A stretch of DNA of 64,000 nucleotides, from assembly GCA_042408215.1 (NCBI GenBank), contig JAYFMW010000003.1, positions 32,001 to 96,000 on the forward strand. The letters are read 5' to 3'. This document shows, one piece after another, positions 19,123-29,226 of the stretch. Position 1 is the stretch's first letter; each line of letters starts with the position of its first letter. The notes beneath the pieces are model-generated. The model was not told where the DNA came from. It was given only the letters and a program-made list of their open reading frames with translations, and did not search any database. The DNA comes from Microcoleus sp. (GTDB taxonomy: Bacteria > Cyanobacteriota > Cyanobacteriia > Cyanobacteriales > Microcoleaceae). Both the position numbers and the translations under genes were made by a program.

Positions 19123-19272
19123 CTATTTTTCGGAAAATGGGGAAGAGCGATCGGGATATTCTGCATTATAAACGTCGGAACTAATCACAACTGCTGGACG
19201 TTTTTTATTAGTAGTTTGAGCGGTAAAGGGAAACGGAACTAAAACCACATCACCAAAATTATAACTCGTCAT
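19123..19272 (-). pseudogene. Truncated PemK/MazF toxin
   Basis: FGDVVLVPFPFT...KKRPAVVISS; similarity stops at a CGATCG site after about 41 codons. Confidence 0.8.
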
Positions 19273-19468
19273 ACTCAGCATCCTCTGAGTTATCCCAAAT
19301 TTTAGCAAAAGCTGCTTCTGAGAGTTTAGTTGCAGTATAAACTAGCAGACGAGCTTCACTTCGCGTTAATAGGAAGTCGATAAAATCTTCTAATACCGTA
19401 ATTTGCTCTGGCGGTAAACTACGGATTTTTTCCATCAGCTTTGTTTCAGGGTTTTGGGCGATACTCAT
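19259..19468 (-). CDS. DUF2281-like antitoxin
   Basis: IRSLPPEQITVLEDFIDFL...WDNSEDAEYDEL. Confidence 0.75.
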   Translation of the reverse strand: MSIAQNPETKLMEKIRSLPPEQITVLEDFIDFLLTRSEARLLVYTATKLSEAAFAKIWDNSEDAEYDEL

Positions 19469-19603
19469 GTTATATCTCACTTGTTTATTGACAAAACAGC
19501 ATAGATATGATATATCGTCAATTTTTGCATTCCACTAACAAATGGTATTAATAACTATCTTGGTCTAGGTAAATGCAATAGTCGATCGCATTTACCAGCC
19601 TAC

Positions 19604-20032
19604 TTACTTCGCCTTCACCACCAGCACCGAACAGTGAGCATCCGCCACCACCTGAGAGCTCACCGAACCCTCCAAAATCCGCTTCACACCAGTCAAACCC
19701 CGACAGCCGATCGCAATTACATCAGCCTGATAGATATTAGCCAAACGCACAATCTCCTCCGCCGGTTCCCCCGAAACAATCTCCAACTCGCTCTCGCAAG
19801 GCAACTTTTCCTGATAAGATTGCAGCAACCTTTCCACCTTTCGGTAAGGAACCTCATCTCCCTGAGAGTGAGGTCGATCGAGCATCATCTCAAAATCCGA
19901 CGTTCCCGAAGTCACAACATGAACTAGAATCACCTTTGTTGTCGGTTCTAGCTGGAATTTTCCCACAGCTTGCAACACCTGTTCGGCAAACTCTGAATCG
20001 TCTATCGCTACCAAAACTGTCTTCAATACCAT
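19604..20032 (-). CDS. Universal stress protein
   Basis: VLVAIDDS...IAIGCRGLTG...GSVSSQVVADAHCSVLVVK. Confidence 0.93.
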   Translation of the reverse strand: MVLKTVLVAIDDSEFAEQVLQAVGKFQLEPTTKVILVHVVTSGTSDFEMMLDRPHSQGDEVPYRKVERLLQSYQEKLPCESELEIVSGEPAEEIVRLANIYQADVIAIGCRGLTGVKRILEGSVSSQVVADAHCSVLVVKAK

Positions 20033-20125
20033 GCCATTTCAAATCTCAGATAATAGATCTTAAATTTTTACTTGGCTGGTGGCAAGTAAAAGTTATTAAC
20101 TTCAATATGAGATTTTAGATCTCAT

Positions 20126-20464
20126 CAGAAAATTGGGTTTGAAACCCCGTCCTTTGAGGACGGCTTTATATTTCCCCTTTCGGGGTGGAGGGGTATGGTT
20201 GCCCCCTCCCTTGGAGATATGGTTGTCTCCGTTTTTCCCTTTCGGGTAATGTTCGCTTCGCCAATGTTATAAGAGCTTGTTAGACCTGCAACACTGTTCC
20301 AGTGACCTTAGAACTGTTTAATCGCAGATGACAGAGCGGAAAACTAGCGTCGCATTCTCCGGTGTCGTGACTCGAATAACGTAGCCAGTTAAGGCGATAG
20401 CTGGTCAGAATAGCTTGTTCGATTACTCTTACAAGCTCCGGCCCTTAAGGGCGGGGTTCCTGAC
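20126..20464 (-). mobile_element. ORF-less IS200/IS605 derivative carrying an IscB-type omegaRNA (HEARO-like)
   Basis: GTCAGGAACCCCGCCC end; GACCAG..CTACGTT..GAATGCG..GCTAGTTTTC..ACATTGGCGAAGC..ACCCGAAAGGG motifs shared with 48640-48886; terminal hairpin AAAGCCGTCC...GGACGGGGTTT; followed by ATGA. Confidence 0.85.
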
Positions 20465-20551
20465 AAATAGAGATTCCTAGATTGTTGCCTACTTGCAACC
20501 ATCTTTCACTTCCCACCAGCACCACCCATCTAAAATCTACCATCTAGAAGG

Positions 20552-20684
20552 TGACGATCCCACACCAATCGCCAGCGATCTGGTGTGGGATTCAGAGTCC
20601 GGTTAAGGATATCTAGAACTTCCTTCAAGGTACTCCAATTGTTTCCCTCTACGGCATTTTAAAGTGAGGAACACAGGCCCACTC
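20552..20684 (-). ncRNA. Candidate ~130-nt sRNA
   Basis: TGC-TAGAAT extended -10 at 20690-20698, no ORF, strong closing hairpin ATCCCACACCA...TGGTGTGGGAT. Confidence 0.4.
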
Positions 20685-20768
20685 AGGGCATTCTAGCAAA
20701 TATTGGCTCGTCTCGTCATCCATGCGGGAAACGAAGCGTTATCCTGCGAGGGATTCCCGTCTGTTTAG

Positions 20769-22082
20769 CTAAAATTCTGCATCCCGATCGTTTTCAGTCC
20801 GCAGCCGCACCGAATCAGCGTGAGAAGGAAGCCCCTCTGCTTCGGCCAAAACATTAATCGCCTTACTCACCTTTTTCAGTGCTGTCGGCGAATATTCAAT
20901 CAAACTCGAATGCTTAATAAAAGTTTCGACACCCAGCGGCGAAGCATAGCGGGGAGAGCCCGAAGTCGGCAAAGTGTGATTCGGCCCCGCCAAATAGTCT
21001 CCCACAGCTTCCGGCGTCGAGTAGCCCAAGAAAATCGCCCCAGCGTGGCGAATTTGCTCCAGCAAGGCCCAGGGATCTGCCACTTGCAATTCCAAGTGTT
21101 CCGGGGCAAACTCGTTAGAGAGTTCCGCCGCCGTCTTGAGAGACTCAACTACCACGACTAAACCATAATTAGCGATCGCCTTTTCTGTTAAAGTTCGGCG
21201 CGGGTGATTTGTCAACTGTCTGTCTACCTCAGCCACCACTTTTCTCGCCAGCACCGAATCCGCCGTCAGCAAAATCGCCGACGCCATCGAATCATGTTCA
21301 GCTTGAGCCAACATATCCGCAGCTACGTGGACAGGATTTGCCGAGCCGTCTGCGATAATCAGCACCTCCGACGGGCCCGCCAGAGAATCAATCCCCACAT
21401 TCCCGTAAACCAGTTTTTTCGCTAGCGTGACGTAAATATTCCCCGGCCCAGTAATTAAATCCACCTTCGGAATAGTTTCCGTACCGTAGGCCAAAGCCGC
21501 GATCGCCTGGGCCCCACCTACCCGATAAATCTCATCAACTCCCGCTTCCTGAGCCGCTACGAGTACCGCAGGATTCATTTTCTTCTCCTGTCCGGGGGGA
21601 GTACACATCACCAGTCTCGGAACCTTGGCGACCTTTGCAGGCACCGCATTCATAATCACCGAGCTGGGATAGGACGCTTGACCGCCTGGGATGTAAATTC
21701 CCGCTCGATCGACCGGCGTATACCGCTTGCCCAAAACTATCTCGTCATCGCCAAACTGTACCCAAGACTTCGGGACGCGCTGTCGGTGAAACGCCTCTAC
21801 CTGTTTGCAAGCCAGCCGGATTGCATTTAATAATTCTTTCGACACCTGCTGGTAAGCAGCATCCAATTCGGCGCCACTCACCCGCAATTCTTCCGCATTT
21901 AGGGTGATGCGGTCGAATTCAGCGGTGTAGTGCAGCACAGCCAGATCGCCTTTGCGCCTTACAGCTTGCAGCACTTCCCGCACAGTTGCTTCTTTGTGAA
22001 CGACGAGTTCGTCATGGGTGCGATCGCAGATCCGTCGCAGTTCAGCTTGTGCTTCAACCCACTGAGTAATGATTCGCAGCAT
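20769..22082 (-). CDS. hisD: Histidinol dehydrogenase
   Basis: [41 protein letters not shown] at 22082. Confidence 0.96.
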   Translation of the reverse strand: MLRIITQWVEAQAELRRICDRTHDELVVHKEATVREVLQAVRRKGDLAVLHYTAEFDRITLNAEELRVSGAELDAAYQQVSKELLNAIRLACKQVEAFHRQRVPKSWVQFGDDEIVLGKRYTPVDRAGIYIPGGQASYPSSVIMNAVPAKVAKVPRLVMCTPPGQEKKMNPAVLVAAQEAGVDEIYRVGGAQAIAALAYGTETIPKVDLITGPGNIYVTLAKKLVYGNVGIDSLAGPSEVLIIADGSANPVHVAADMLAQAEHDSMASAILLTADSVLARKVVAEVDRQLTNHPRRTLTEKAIANYGLVVVVESLKTAAELSNEFAPEHLELQVADPWALLEQIRHAGAIFLGYSTPEAVGDYLAGPNHTLPTSGSPRYASPLGVETFIKHSSLIEYSPTALKKVSKAINVLAEAEGLPSHADSVRLRTENDRDAEF

Positions 22083-22215
22083 GGAGATTAGGAATGCCTT
22101 CCCTAGGAATTGCCCGCCTGAGATCCGGGTGCCGAGGGAGAAGACAAGAGGGGGAGAGAGGAGAGACCAGGAGGGGGAGAGACCAGGAGTGGGAGAAGGG
22201 GAGAATTGCGAAAAT

Positions 22216-22292
22216 CTGCCTTCTGCCCTCTGCCTTCTGCCTTCTGCCCTCTGCCCTCTGCCTTCTGCCTTCTGCCTTCTGCCTTCTGCCTT
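22216..22292. repeat. STRR tract (CCTTCTG)
   Basis: About 11 tandem heptamers. Confidence 0.9.
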
Positions 22293-22480
22293 CGGTAAGT
22301 GCTTCTTGCCGAAGCCCAAATCACCCATACTCTTTGTTATAGCTTAACTTGGATTTTTCCGGGAATCGCATTTTTAGCAGAATAAGTGCTATGTTAGTTT
22401 CTCGGATACTTTGTAATTTTTTTATAAAAAAACGCCCAAATTATTGTATACTTGAAAATTGCGTGCAAGACAATCGTGAC

Positions 22481-22729
22481 CGAAAAACGAGCCCGCCATA
22501 CCTAACTTGATTGCTTGAGGTGGGAGTCAGTCCCGGCTTCAACCGTCTTGAATCTGTGTTCTGGTTGCTCCATAAACGTTCAAATCCTAGAATCAAGGAC
22601 TTCTATGTTAGGGACAAACTGGTTTATTTAAGACGGTAGGGCATACCGTTTAAGCAAAGCGCAGGGTCAAGTCATCAGACTCCCGCCCTGCCAAGAATCC
22701 CCTCGCCGGGCGGGTATGGGGAGTGTCAA
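22481..22729 (+). mobile_element. ORF-less IS605-type element with a TnpB omegaRNA-like 3' end
   Basis: ACGGTAGGGCATACCG...CAAGAATCCCC...GGGGAGTGTCAA parallels the 3' end of the intact tnpB element (56743-56868); left boundary approximate. Confidence 0.7.
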
Positions 22730-22812
22730 GAGCGCCTGGAAGCATCAGGCTTTTTGTGGATAGAACCCAAAAAGGTTGTCCAGCAGAATCCCCGACTCTT
22801 GAGAATCGGGAG

Positions 22813-23210
22813 CTAGACTAAATAGCCAAATACTTGTCTAAAGTTGCTCATAGTTCTTCACGGTGATGATATTGACAGCGTTGTAATTTTCTGCAAATTT
22901 GACGCTCATGCCGAAACGATGAGGCAAAATATCTGGTTTGTAAACCACAGTCGATTCAAAACTGACCAGCCTGTAAAAAGGTCGAACGGGAGACCACGAT
23001 TCGTTAAATAGGTTGAAAATACAGGTTGAACAATGGCTAAAAGCTTCAACAGTTATACAACGTGATGCCTAGGGTGGGCTACACCCGAATTTACGCCTGT
23101 GGACAAGTAGGAGCCGACTCCCTTGGCAGAAGCAGGAAGCAGACCCTCTAGAAACCACTTCTAGTTGAATGGTGAAGCTTGAATAAGTTTAGCCAAGTTT
23201 TGTATAGCAG
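22813..23210 (+). mobile_element. ORF-less IS607-type element inserted into an IS605 right end
   Basis: GGGTGGGCTACACCCG..ACGCCTGTGGA..GAAGCAGGAAG..TAAGTTT..AAGTTTTGTATAGCAG parallels 55112-55250; removing it restores AGAATCCCCG...CGGGAG|TGTCAA. Confidence 0.7.
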
Positions 23211-23243
23211 TGTCAATCAATACCTATTTCCAGTAACTGAACT

Positions 23244-23543
23244 ATGGCTAATATTAAGTCTGCTGTCAAACGAGTCAAAATCGCCGAGCGCAACCGCTTG
23301 TACAACAAGTCTTACAAGTCAGCGGTCAAAACCCTGATGAAGAAGTATTTTGCGGCTGTTGACAAGTATGCGGCTGCTCCGAGTCCTGAGTCAATGCAAG
23401 AGGTGCAGCAGCGTATGTCTGAGGCTTACAGCAAAATCGATAAGGCTGTCAAGAAAGGTGTACTCCACCGCAACAACGGCGATCGCAAGAAATCCCGGTT
23501 GGCGAGAACCCTGAAGCCGCATGAAACACAAGTAGCATCCTGA
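23244..23543 (+). CDS. rpsT: 30S ribosomal protein S20
   Basis: [18 protein letters not shown]...[13 protein letters not shown]. Confidence 0.97.
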   Translation: MANIKSAVKRVKIAERNRLYNKSYKSAVKTLMKKYFAAVDKYAAAPSPESMQEVQQRMSEAYSKIDKAVKKGVLHRNNGDRKKSRLARTLKPHETQVAS

Positions 23544-23714
23544 AGCAGAAGGCAGAAGGCCATAACAATTACGAATTAAAAAATACGAATTACGAATTAT
23601 TCACTCGTAATTAGTAATTGGTAATTCGATTCTCCCCGGCTCCCTCTGGCTCAACTGTGGGAGCTGTGCGAGCTCAAAACAATTCCCTTTTTTCACCTCT
23701 ACTCTGCTTCCCTT

Positions 23715-24503
23715 ATGCAGCTCATCGACACCCACGTTCATATCAATTTTGATACGTACAAATCAGAGTTAGAAGCGATTCGAGAACGCTGGCGCGCAAC
23801 TGGTGTGGTTCGTCTGGTTCATTCCTGTGTAGAGCCAGCAGAGTTTGCGGGAATTCAAGCGATCGCCAATCAGTTTGCAGAAGTGTCTTGGGCCGTTGGG
23901 CTCCACCCCCTAGACGCAGGAAAGTGGACGGACGAGACTGGAAGCCAGATTAGGGAATTGGCGAGTTCTGATTCTAGAGTAGTGGCGATCGGGGAAACCG
24001 GACTGGATTTTTATAAGGCGGACGATAGAGAACACCAGTTCAAAGTATTTGAAGCACAACTCGCGATCGCCCAGCAACTTGACAAACCGGTGATTATCCA
24101 CTGTCGTAACGCAGCCGCGCCAATGGCAGAAATGCTACGGAATTTTTGGCAAACTCGCGGAAAAGTGCGCGGGGTGATGCACTGTTGGGGAGGGACTCCC
24201 GAAGAAACTCAATGGTTTTTAGATTTGGGTTTCTACATCAGTTTTAGCGGAACTGTCACCTTTAAAAAAGCTTTGCAAATACAAGAGTCAGTTTGTATGG
24301 TAAATAGCGATCGCCTTTTAGTCGAAACAGATTGCCCTTTTCTCGCCCCTGTACCCAAGCGGGGAAAACGAAACGAACCGGCTTACGTCTATTATGTAGC
24401 GGAGCAAGTTGCTAAATTGAGGGGAGTTTCTCTGGAAACTTTGTGTCAGCAGACGACTGAAAACGCCTGTCAGCTATTCGGTCTTTCTCTCGCTCAAGAT
24501 TAG
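23715..24503 (+). CDS. tatD: TatD family deoxyribonuclease
   Basis: [25 protein letters not shown]. Confidence 0.93.
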   Translation: MQLIDTHVHINFDTYKSELEAIRERWRATGVVRLVHSCVEPAEFAGIQAIANQFAEVSWAVGLHPLDAGKWTDETGSQIRELASSDSRVVAIGETGLDFYKADDREHQFKVFEAQLAIAQQLDKPVIIHCRNAAAPMAEMLRNFWQTRGKVRGVMHCWGGTPEETQWFLDLGFYISFSGTVTFKKALQIQESVCMVNSDRLLVETDCPFLAPVPKRGKRNEPAYVYYVAEQVAKLRGVSLETLCQQTTENACQLFGLSLAQD

Positions 24504-24512
24504 CTGCGAGGG

Positions 24513-24848
24513 AATTACGAATTATTCACTCGTAATTCGTAATTCGTAATTTTTAATTCGTAATTGTTTCGTAATTCGTAATTCCCTTTTCGTTACACTT
24601 CACCCAAAACTGGAACTGCAATGCGGGCAAAAGCTGGAAAGTAAATTTTAGGAGTCAAATGTCTAGAGGTTTGTGCGAACTAACACGCTTGATATCGCAG
24701 CTCAAACTGTCGATCGAGAAGGTAAAAAGGGCAGAGAGTGGGACAATTACGAATTAGAAATTACGAATTCCGAATTATTCACTCGTAATTAGTAATTCCC
24801 TTCTCGTAATTCCCTTCTCGTAATTAGTAATTCGTAATTCGTAATTCC
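24513..24848. repeat. TTACGAA/TTCGTAA heptamer tracts in inverted arrangement
   Basis: Two clusters centred on ATTATTCACTCGTAAT; related clusters at 23568-23630 and 31160-31297. Confidence 0.85.
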
Positions 24849-24904
24849 CTGCCGGCCGGGGCGCATTGTAAAAAACTAGAGCTTTCTCAGGAAAATAAAT
24901 ACCC

Positions 24905-27900
24905 ATGACTACTAAAGATTACACGGAATTCGCCTTCACCTTGCCCGACCTGATCGAAATCCAGCGGGCAAGTTTTCGCTGGTTCCTGGAAGCGGGACTC
25001 ATTGAAGAACTTGACAGCTTTTCCCCGATTACTGACTACACAGGGAAGCTGGAACTTCACTTCATGGGTAAAGACTTCAAACTCAAGCGCCCCAAATACG
25101 ATGTGGACGAAGCCAAGCGCAGGGACAGCACCTACTCCGTGCAAATGTACGTCCCTACCCGTCTGATTAACAAAGAAACAGGCGAAATCAAAGAACAAGA
25201 AGTCTTCATCGGTGATTTACCCTTGATGACCGAACGCGGCACCTTCATCATCAACGGTGCTGAACGGGTCATCGTCAACCAAATCGTGCGATCGCCCGGT
25301 GTCTACTACAAATCAGAAACGGACAAGAATGGACGCCGTTCCTACAATGCTTCTCTGATTCCCAACCGTGGGGCGTGGCTGAAATTTGAGACGGATAAGA
25401 ATGATTTAGTGTGGGTGAGAATCGATAAAACCCGGAAACTCAGCGCTCAGGTGTTGCTGAAAGCACTGGGACTAACAGACGGGGAAATCAACGACTCCCT
25501 GCGTCACCCGGAATATTTCCAGAAGACGATCGAAAAAGAAGGTCAGTTCGGCGAAGAAGAGGCTCTGATGGAGCTGTACCGCAAGCTGCGACCGGGTGAA
25601 CCCCCCACCGTGGCGGGTGGCGAACAGTTGCTTAATTCGCGTTTTTTCGACCCCAAACGCTACGATTTGGGCCGGGTGGGACGCTACAAACTCAACAAAA
25701 AGTTGCGCTTGACAGTGCCAGATACAATGCGGGTGTTGACTTCGCAGGATATTTTGACGGCGATCGACTATTTGATTAATTTAGAATTCGACATCGGCTC
25801 AACGGATGACATCGACCACTTGGGAAACCGCCGGGTGAGGAGTGTGGGAGAGTTGCTGCAAAACCAGGTGCGGGTGGGTCTAAACCGCCTAGAACGGATT
25901 ATCCGGGAACGGATGACTGTTTCGGATGCAGATTCTTTGAGTCCGGCTTCTTTGGTGAACCCGAAACCGTTGGTGGCGGCGATTAAGGAGTTTTTTGGTT
26001 CGTCGCAGTTGTCGCAGTTTATGGATCAGACTAATCCGCTGGCGGAACTGACGCACAAACGTCGGCTTTCAGCTTTGGGACCTGGTGGTTTGACTCGGGA
26101 ACGGGCGGGGTTTGCGGTGCGGGATATTCATCCGTCGCACTATGGTCGGATTTGTCCGATCGAAACTCCAGAAGGCCCCAACGCCGGACTCATTGGTTCT
26201 CTGGCGACTCACGCGCGGGTGAATTCCTATGGCTTCATTGAAACTCCTTTTTATCCAGTAGAAAAAGGACGGGTGCTGCGGGATAAGGCTCCTGTTTATA
26301 TGACGGCGGATGAAGAGGATGATTTGCGGGTTGCGCCGGGGGACATTAGCCTTGACGAAAATAATAATCTGTTGGGCGAAACGGTGGCGGTGCGCTACCG
26401 CCAAGAGTTTACGACGACGACTCCCATGCAAGTGGACTATATGGCGATTTCGCCAGTGCAAATCGTGTCTGTGGCTACTTCCATGATTCCGTTCCTGGAA
26501 CATGATGACGCGAACAGAGCTCTGATGGGCTCGAATATGCAGCGCCAAGCTGTGCCCCTACTGAAACCGGAACGGCCTCTGGTGGGTACTGGTTTGGAGG
26601 CTCAAGCGGCGCGAGATTCAGGGATGGTGGTGGTTTCTCGGACTAATGGTGAGGTGGTTTATATTGATGCGACGCGGGTGATTGTGAAGTCTCTGGCGCT
26701 TGATGCGGAATCTAGCAATGGCGATGAACATTTCATGATTCGGGATTATGACGAGTTGAGGGTGAAAAATCCGTCGGCTTTCAAGCAGAAGTATGTTGGT
26801 TGTGTGGAACATGAGTTGCAAAAATATCAGCGTTCTAATCAGGATACTTGTTTGAATCAGCGTCCTTTGAGCTATGAGGGCGATCGGGTGGTTGCGGGTC
26901 AGGTGCTAGCGGATGGTTCTTCGACAGAAGGAGCAGAACTGGCTCTGGGTCACAATATCCTGGTAGCCTATATGCCTTGGGAGGGCTATAACTATGAGGA
27001 TGCGATGCTGATTAGTGAGCGTCTGGTTTATGAGGATGTATACACCAGCATCCACATTGAAAAGTACGAAATTGAGGCTCGTCAAACTAAGTTAGGCCCT
27101 GAAGAAATTACTCGCGAAATTCCCAACGTCGGAGAAGATGCTCTGCGACAGTTGGATGAACAGGGGATTATCCGCAAGGGGGCTTGGGTGGAAGCTAGCG
27201 ATATTTTGGTGGGTAAGGTAACACCGAAGGGTGAATCTGACCAACCGCCAGAAGAGAAATTGCTGCGGGCTATTTTTGGGGAAAAAGCTCGTGATGTGCG
27301 GGATAATTCGCTGCGGGTTCCCAATGGTGAAAAGGGCCGCGTTGTAGACGTGCGGGTTTTCACGCGGGAACAGGGCGATGAACTGCCGCCAGGGGCAAAT
27401 ATGGTTGTCCGTGTTTATGTGGCCCAAAAGCGGAAGATTCAAGTCGGTGACAAAATGGCTGGCCGCCACGGAAATAAGGGTATTGTGTCGCGGATTTTGC
27501 CGAAGGAGGATATGCCTTATTTGCCTGATGGTACCCCCGTTGATATGGTGTTGAATCCTTTGGGTGTGCCTTCTCGGATGAATGTGGGTCAGATTTTTGA
27601 GTGTTTGCTGGGATGGGCTGGGGAAAATCTGTCGATGCGGTTTAAGATGGTGCCTTTTGATGAAATGCACGGGGCTGAGAAGTCTCGGGAAACTGTGCAT
27701 GGTAAGTTGCAGGAGGCGCGGGAGAAGACTGGTAAGCCGTGGGTTTTTAATGAGAAGCATCCGGGTAAGACTATTGTCTACGATGGCCGGACTGGTGAGG
27801 CGTTCGATCGACCGATTACGGTGGGTATCGCTTATATGCTGAAACTCGTCCACTTGGTAGATGACAAAATCCACGCCCGGAGCACGGGGCCTTATTCGCT

Positions 27901-28294
27901 GGTGACGCAGCAGCCTTTGGGAGGTAAGGCGCAGCAGGGTGGCCAGCGGTTCGGGGAAATGGAAGTCTGGGCTCTGGAGGCTTTCGGGGCGGCTTATACT
28001 TTGCAGGAGTTGCTGACTGTGAAGTCGGATGATATGCAGGGAAGGAACGAGGCTTTGAATGCGATCGTCAAGGGGAAGGCGATTCCTCGGCCGGGTACTC
28101 CTGAGTCTTTCAAGGTGCTGATGCGGGAGTTACAGTCCTTGTGTTTGGATATTGCTGTGCACAAGGTTAATACTTCTGACGATGGTAGCGAACACGTTGA
28201 GGTGGATTTGATGGCTGATATTGGGGGTCGGCGATCGCCTTCTCGGCCTACATACGAGTCTATTTCCCGTGACGAACTGGACGAGGATATGTAG
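24905..28294 (+). CDS. rpoB: RNA polymerase beta subunit
   Basis: [26 protein letters not shown]. Confidence 0.99.
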   Translation: MTTKDYTEFAFTLPDLIEIQRASFRWFLEAGLIEELDSFSPITDYTGKLELHFMGKDFKLKRPKYDVDEAKRRDSTYSVQMYVPTRLINKETGEIKEQEVFIGDLPLMTERGTFIINGAERVIVNQIVRSPGVYYKSETDKNGRRSYNASLIPNRGAWLKFETDKNDLVWVRIDKTRKLSAQVLLKALGLTDGEINDSLRHPEYFQKTIEKEGQFGEEEALMELYRKLRPGEPPTVAGGEQLLNSRFFDPKRYDLGRVGRYKLNKKLRLTVPDTMRVLTSQDILTAIDYLINLEFDIGSTDDIDHLGNRRVRSVGELLQNQVRVGLNRLERIIRERMTVSDADSLSPASLVNPKPLVAAIKEFFGSSQLSQFMDQTNPLAELTHKRRLSALGPGGLTRERAGFAVRDIHPSHYGRICPIETPEGPNAGLIGSLATHARVNSYGFIETPFYPVEKGRVLRDKAPVYMTADEEDDLRVAPGDISLDENNNLLGETVAVRYRQEFTTTTPMQVDYMAISPVQIVSVATSMIPFLEHDDANRALMGSNMQRQAVPLLKPERPLVGTGLEAQAARDSGMVVVSRTNGEVVYIDATRVIVKSLALDAESSNGDEHFMIRDYDELRVKNPSAFKQKYVGCVEHELQKYQRSNQDTCLNQRPLSYEGDRVVAGQVLADGSSTEGAELALGHNILVAYMPWEGYNYEDAMLISERLVYEDVYTSIHIEKYEIEARQTKLGPEEITREIPNVGEDALRQLDEQGIIRKGAWVEASDILVGKVTPKGESDQPPEEKLLRAIFGEKARDVRDNSLRVPNGEKGRVVDVRVFTREQGDELPPGANMVVRVYVAQKRKIQVGDKMAGRHGNKGIVSRILPKEDMPYLPDGTPVDMVLNPLGVPSRMNVGQIFECLLGWAGENLSMRFKMVPFDEMHGAEKSRETVHGKLQEAREKTGKPWVFNEKHPGKTIVYDGRTGEAFDRPITVGIAYMLKLVHLVDDKIHARSTGPYSLVTQQPLGGKAQQGGQRFGEMEVWALEAFGAAYTLQELLTVKSDDMQGRNEALNAIVKGKAIPRPGTPESFKVLMRELQSLCLDIAVHKVNTSDDGSEHVEVDLMADIGGRRSPSRPTYESISRDELDEDM

Positions 28295-28300
28295 GGATTA

Positions 28301-28938
28301 GGGGCATTGGGCATTGGGCATTGGGCATTGGGAATTGGGCATGGGCATCGGGCATTGGGCATTGGGCATCGGGCATGGGTTATTGGTAACTGGTTATTCG
28401 TTATTGGTAGCCCCTCACCAATAACAAATAACTAATGACTAATGACTTCTTCCCTCTTCCTTCTTCCTTCTTCCTTCTTCCTTCTTCCTCTACTAAGATA
28501 CTTAAGGCAAATATTCCCGATACTTCGACTACGCTCAGCACAAGTAACTTCACTACAGTTTCCCCAGGTTTTGTAGGAGAAATTCAAGAAAACGGCTGCA
28601 TAATTTTTCAAGGTGGAAAGGATGGCATCGGGCATCGGGCATCGGGCATCGGGGATCGGGTATTGGACATTGGGCATTGGGCATTGGGCATTGGGCATTG
28701 GGCATGGGTCATCGGTAATTGTTTGTAACTGTTAATAACTCCTTCCTTCTTCCTTCTTCCTTCTTCCTTCTTCCTTCTTCCTTCTATCCGTTACATCCGT
28801 TAAATCGGTTACAGAATCCGTTGCCGAACTTCCTTCTTCCTTCTTCCTTCTTCCTTCTTCCTTCTATCCGTTACATCCGTTAAATCGGTTACAGAATCCG
28901 TTGCCGAACTTCCTTCTTCCTTCTTCCTTCTTCCTTCC
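28301..28938. repeat. Mixed STRR tracts plus two 80-bp tandem units
   Basis: GGGCATT, CTTCCTT and ACTAATG tracts; duplicated TATCCGTTACATCCGTTAAATCGGTTACAGAATCCGTTGCCGAAC at 28785 and 28865. Confidence 0.9.
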
Positions 28939-29181
28939 TGTGACAATCCCAGTTGTATTAATCCAGAACACCTTTGGGCTGGTACTCGTTCTCAAAACTT
29001 ATTAGATGCTTCTAAGAAAGGACGCACTCAAGGCAAAAGTCATCCCCTTTCCAAGACCAAATTAGATTGGGGAAAAGTTCGAGAAATTCGGAAAAAACTA
29101 GCAGCAGGAGAGAGTGTGAAGGATCTAGCTCAGGAATACAGTGTGGGTCGCAAAACCATACAGGATACAATTACGAATTAA
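28939..29181 (+). pseudogene. C-terminal fragment of an HNH (homing-type) endonuclease
   Basis: Manual translation CDNPSCINPEHLWAGTRSQNLLDASKKGR...KLDWGKVREIRK...LAQEYSVGRKTIQD; no start codon. Confidence 0.75.
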
Positions 29182-29226
29182 AAAGTAATTCCCTTAAGCG
29201 ACAGTAAATCATCAATTGGAGTCACA

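Noticed and set aside
22083..22328. N-terminal extension of HisD (similarly chlP, sigA, hli, iscB, kinase, response regulator)
   Set aside because: Upstream in-frame starts run through repeats or promoter DNA; family similarity begins at the downstream starts used here.
22813..23210. Group I intron/IStron
   Set aside because: I found no recognisable P7 (R/S) core motifs, and the 5' junction is not preceded by U. Kept as an unknown structured RNA.
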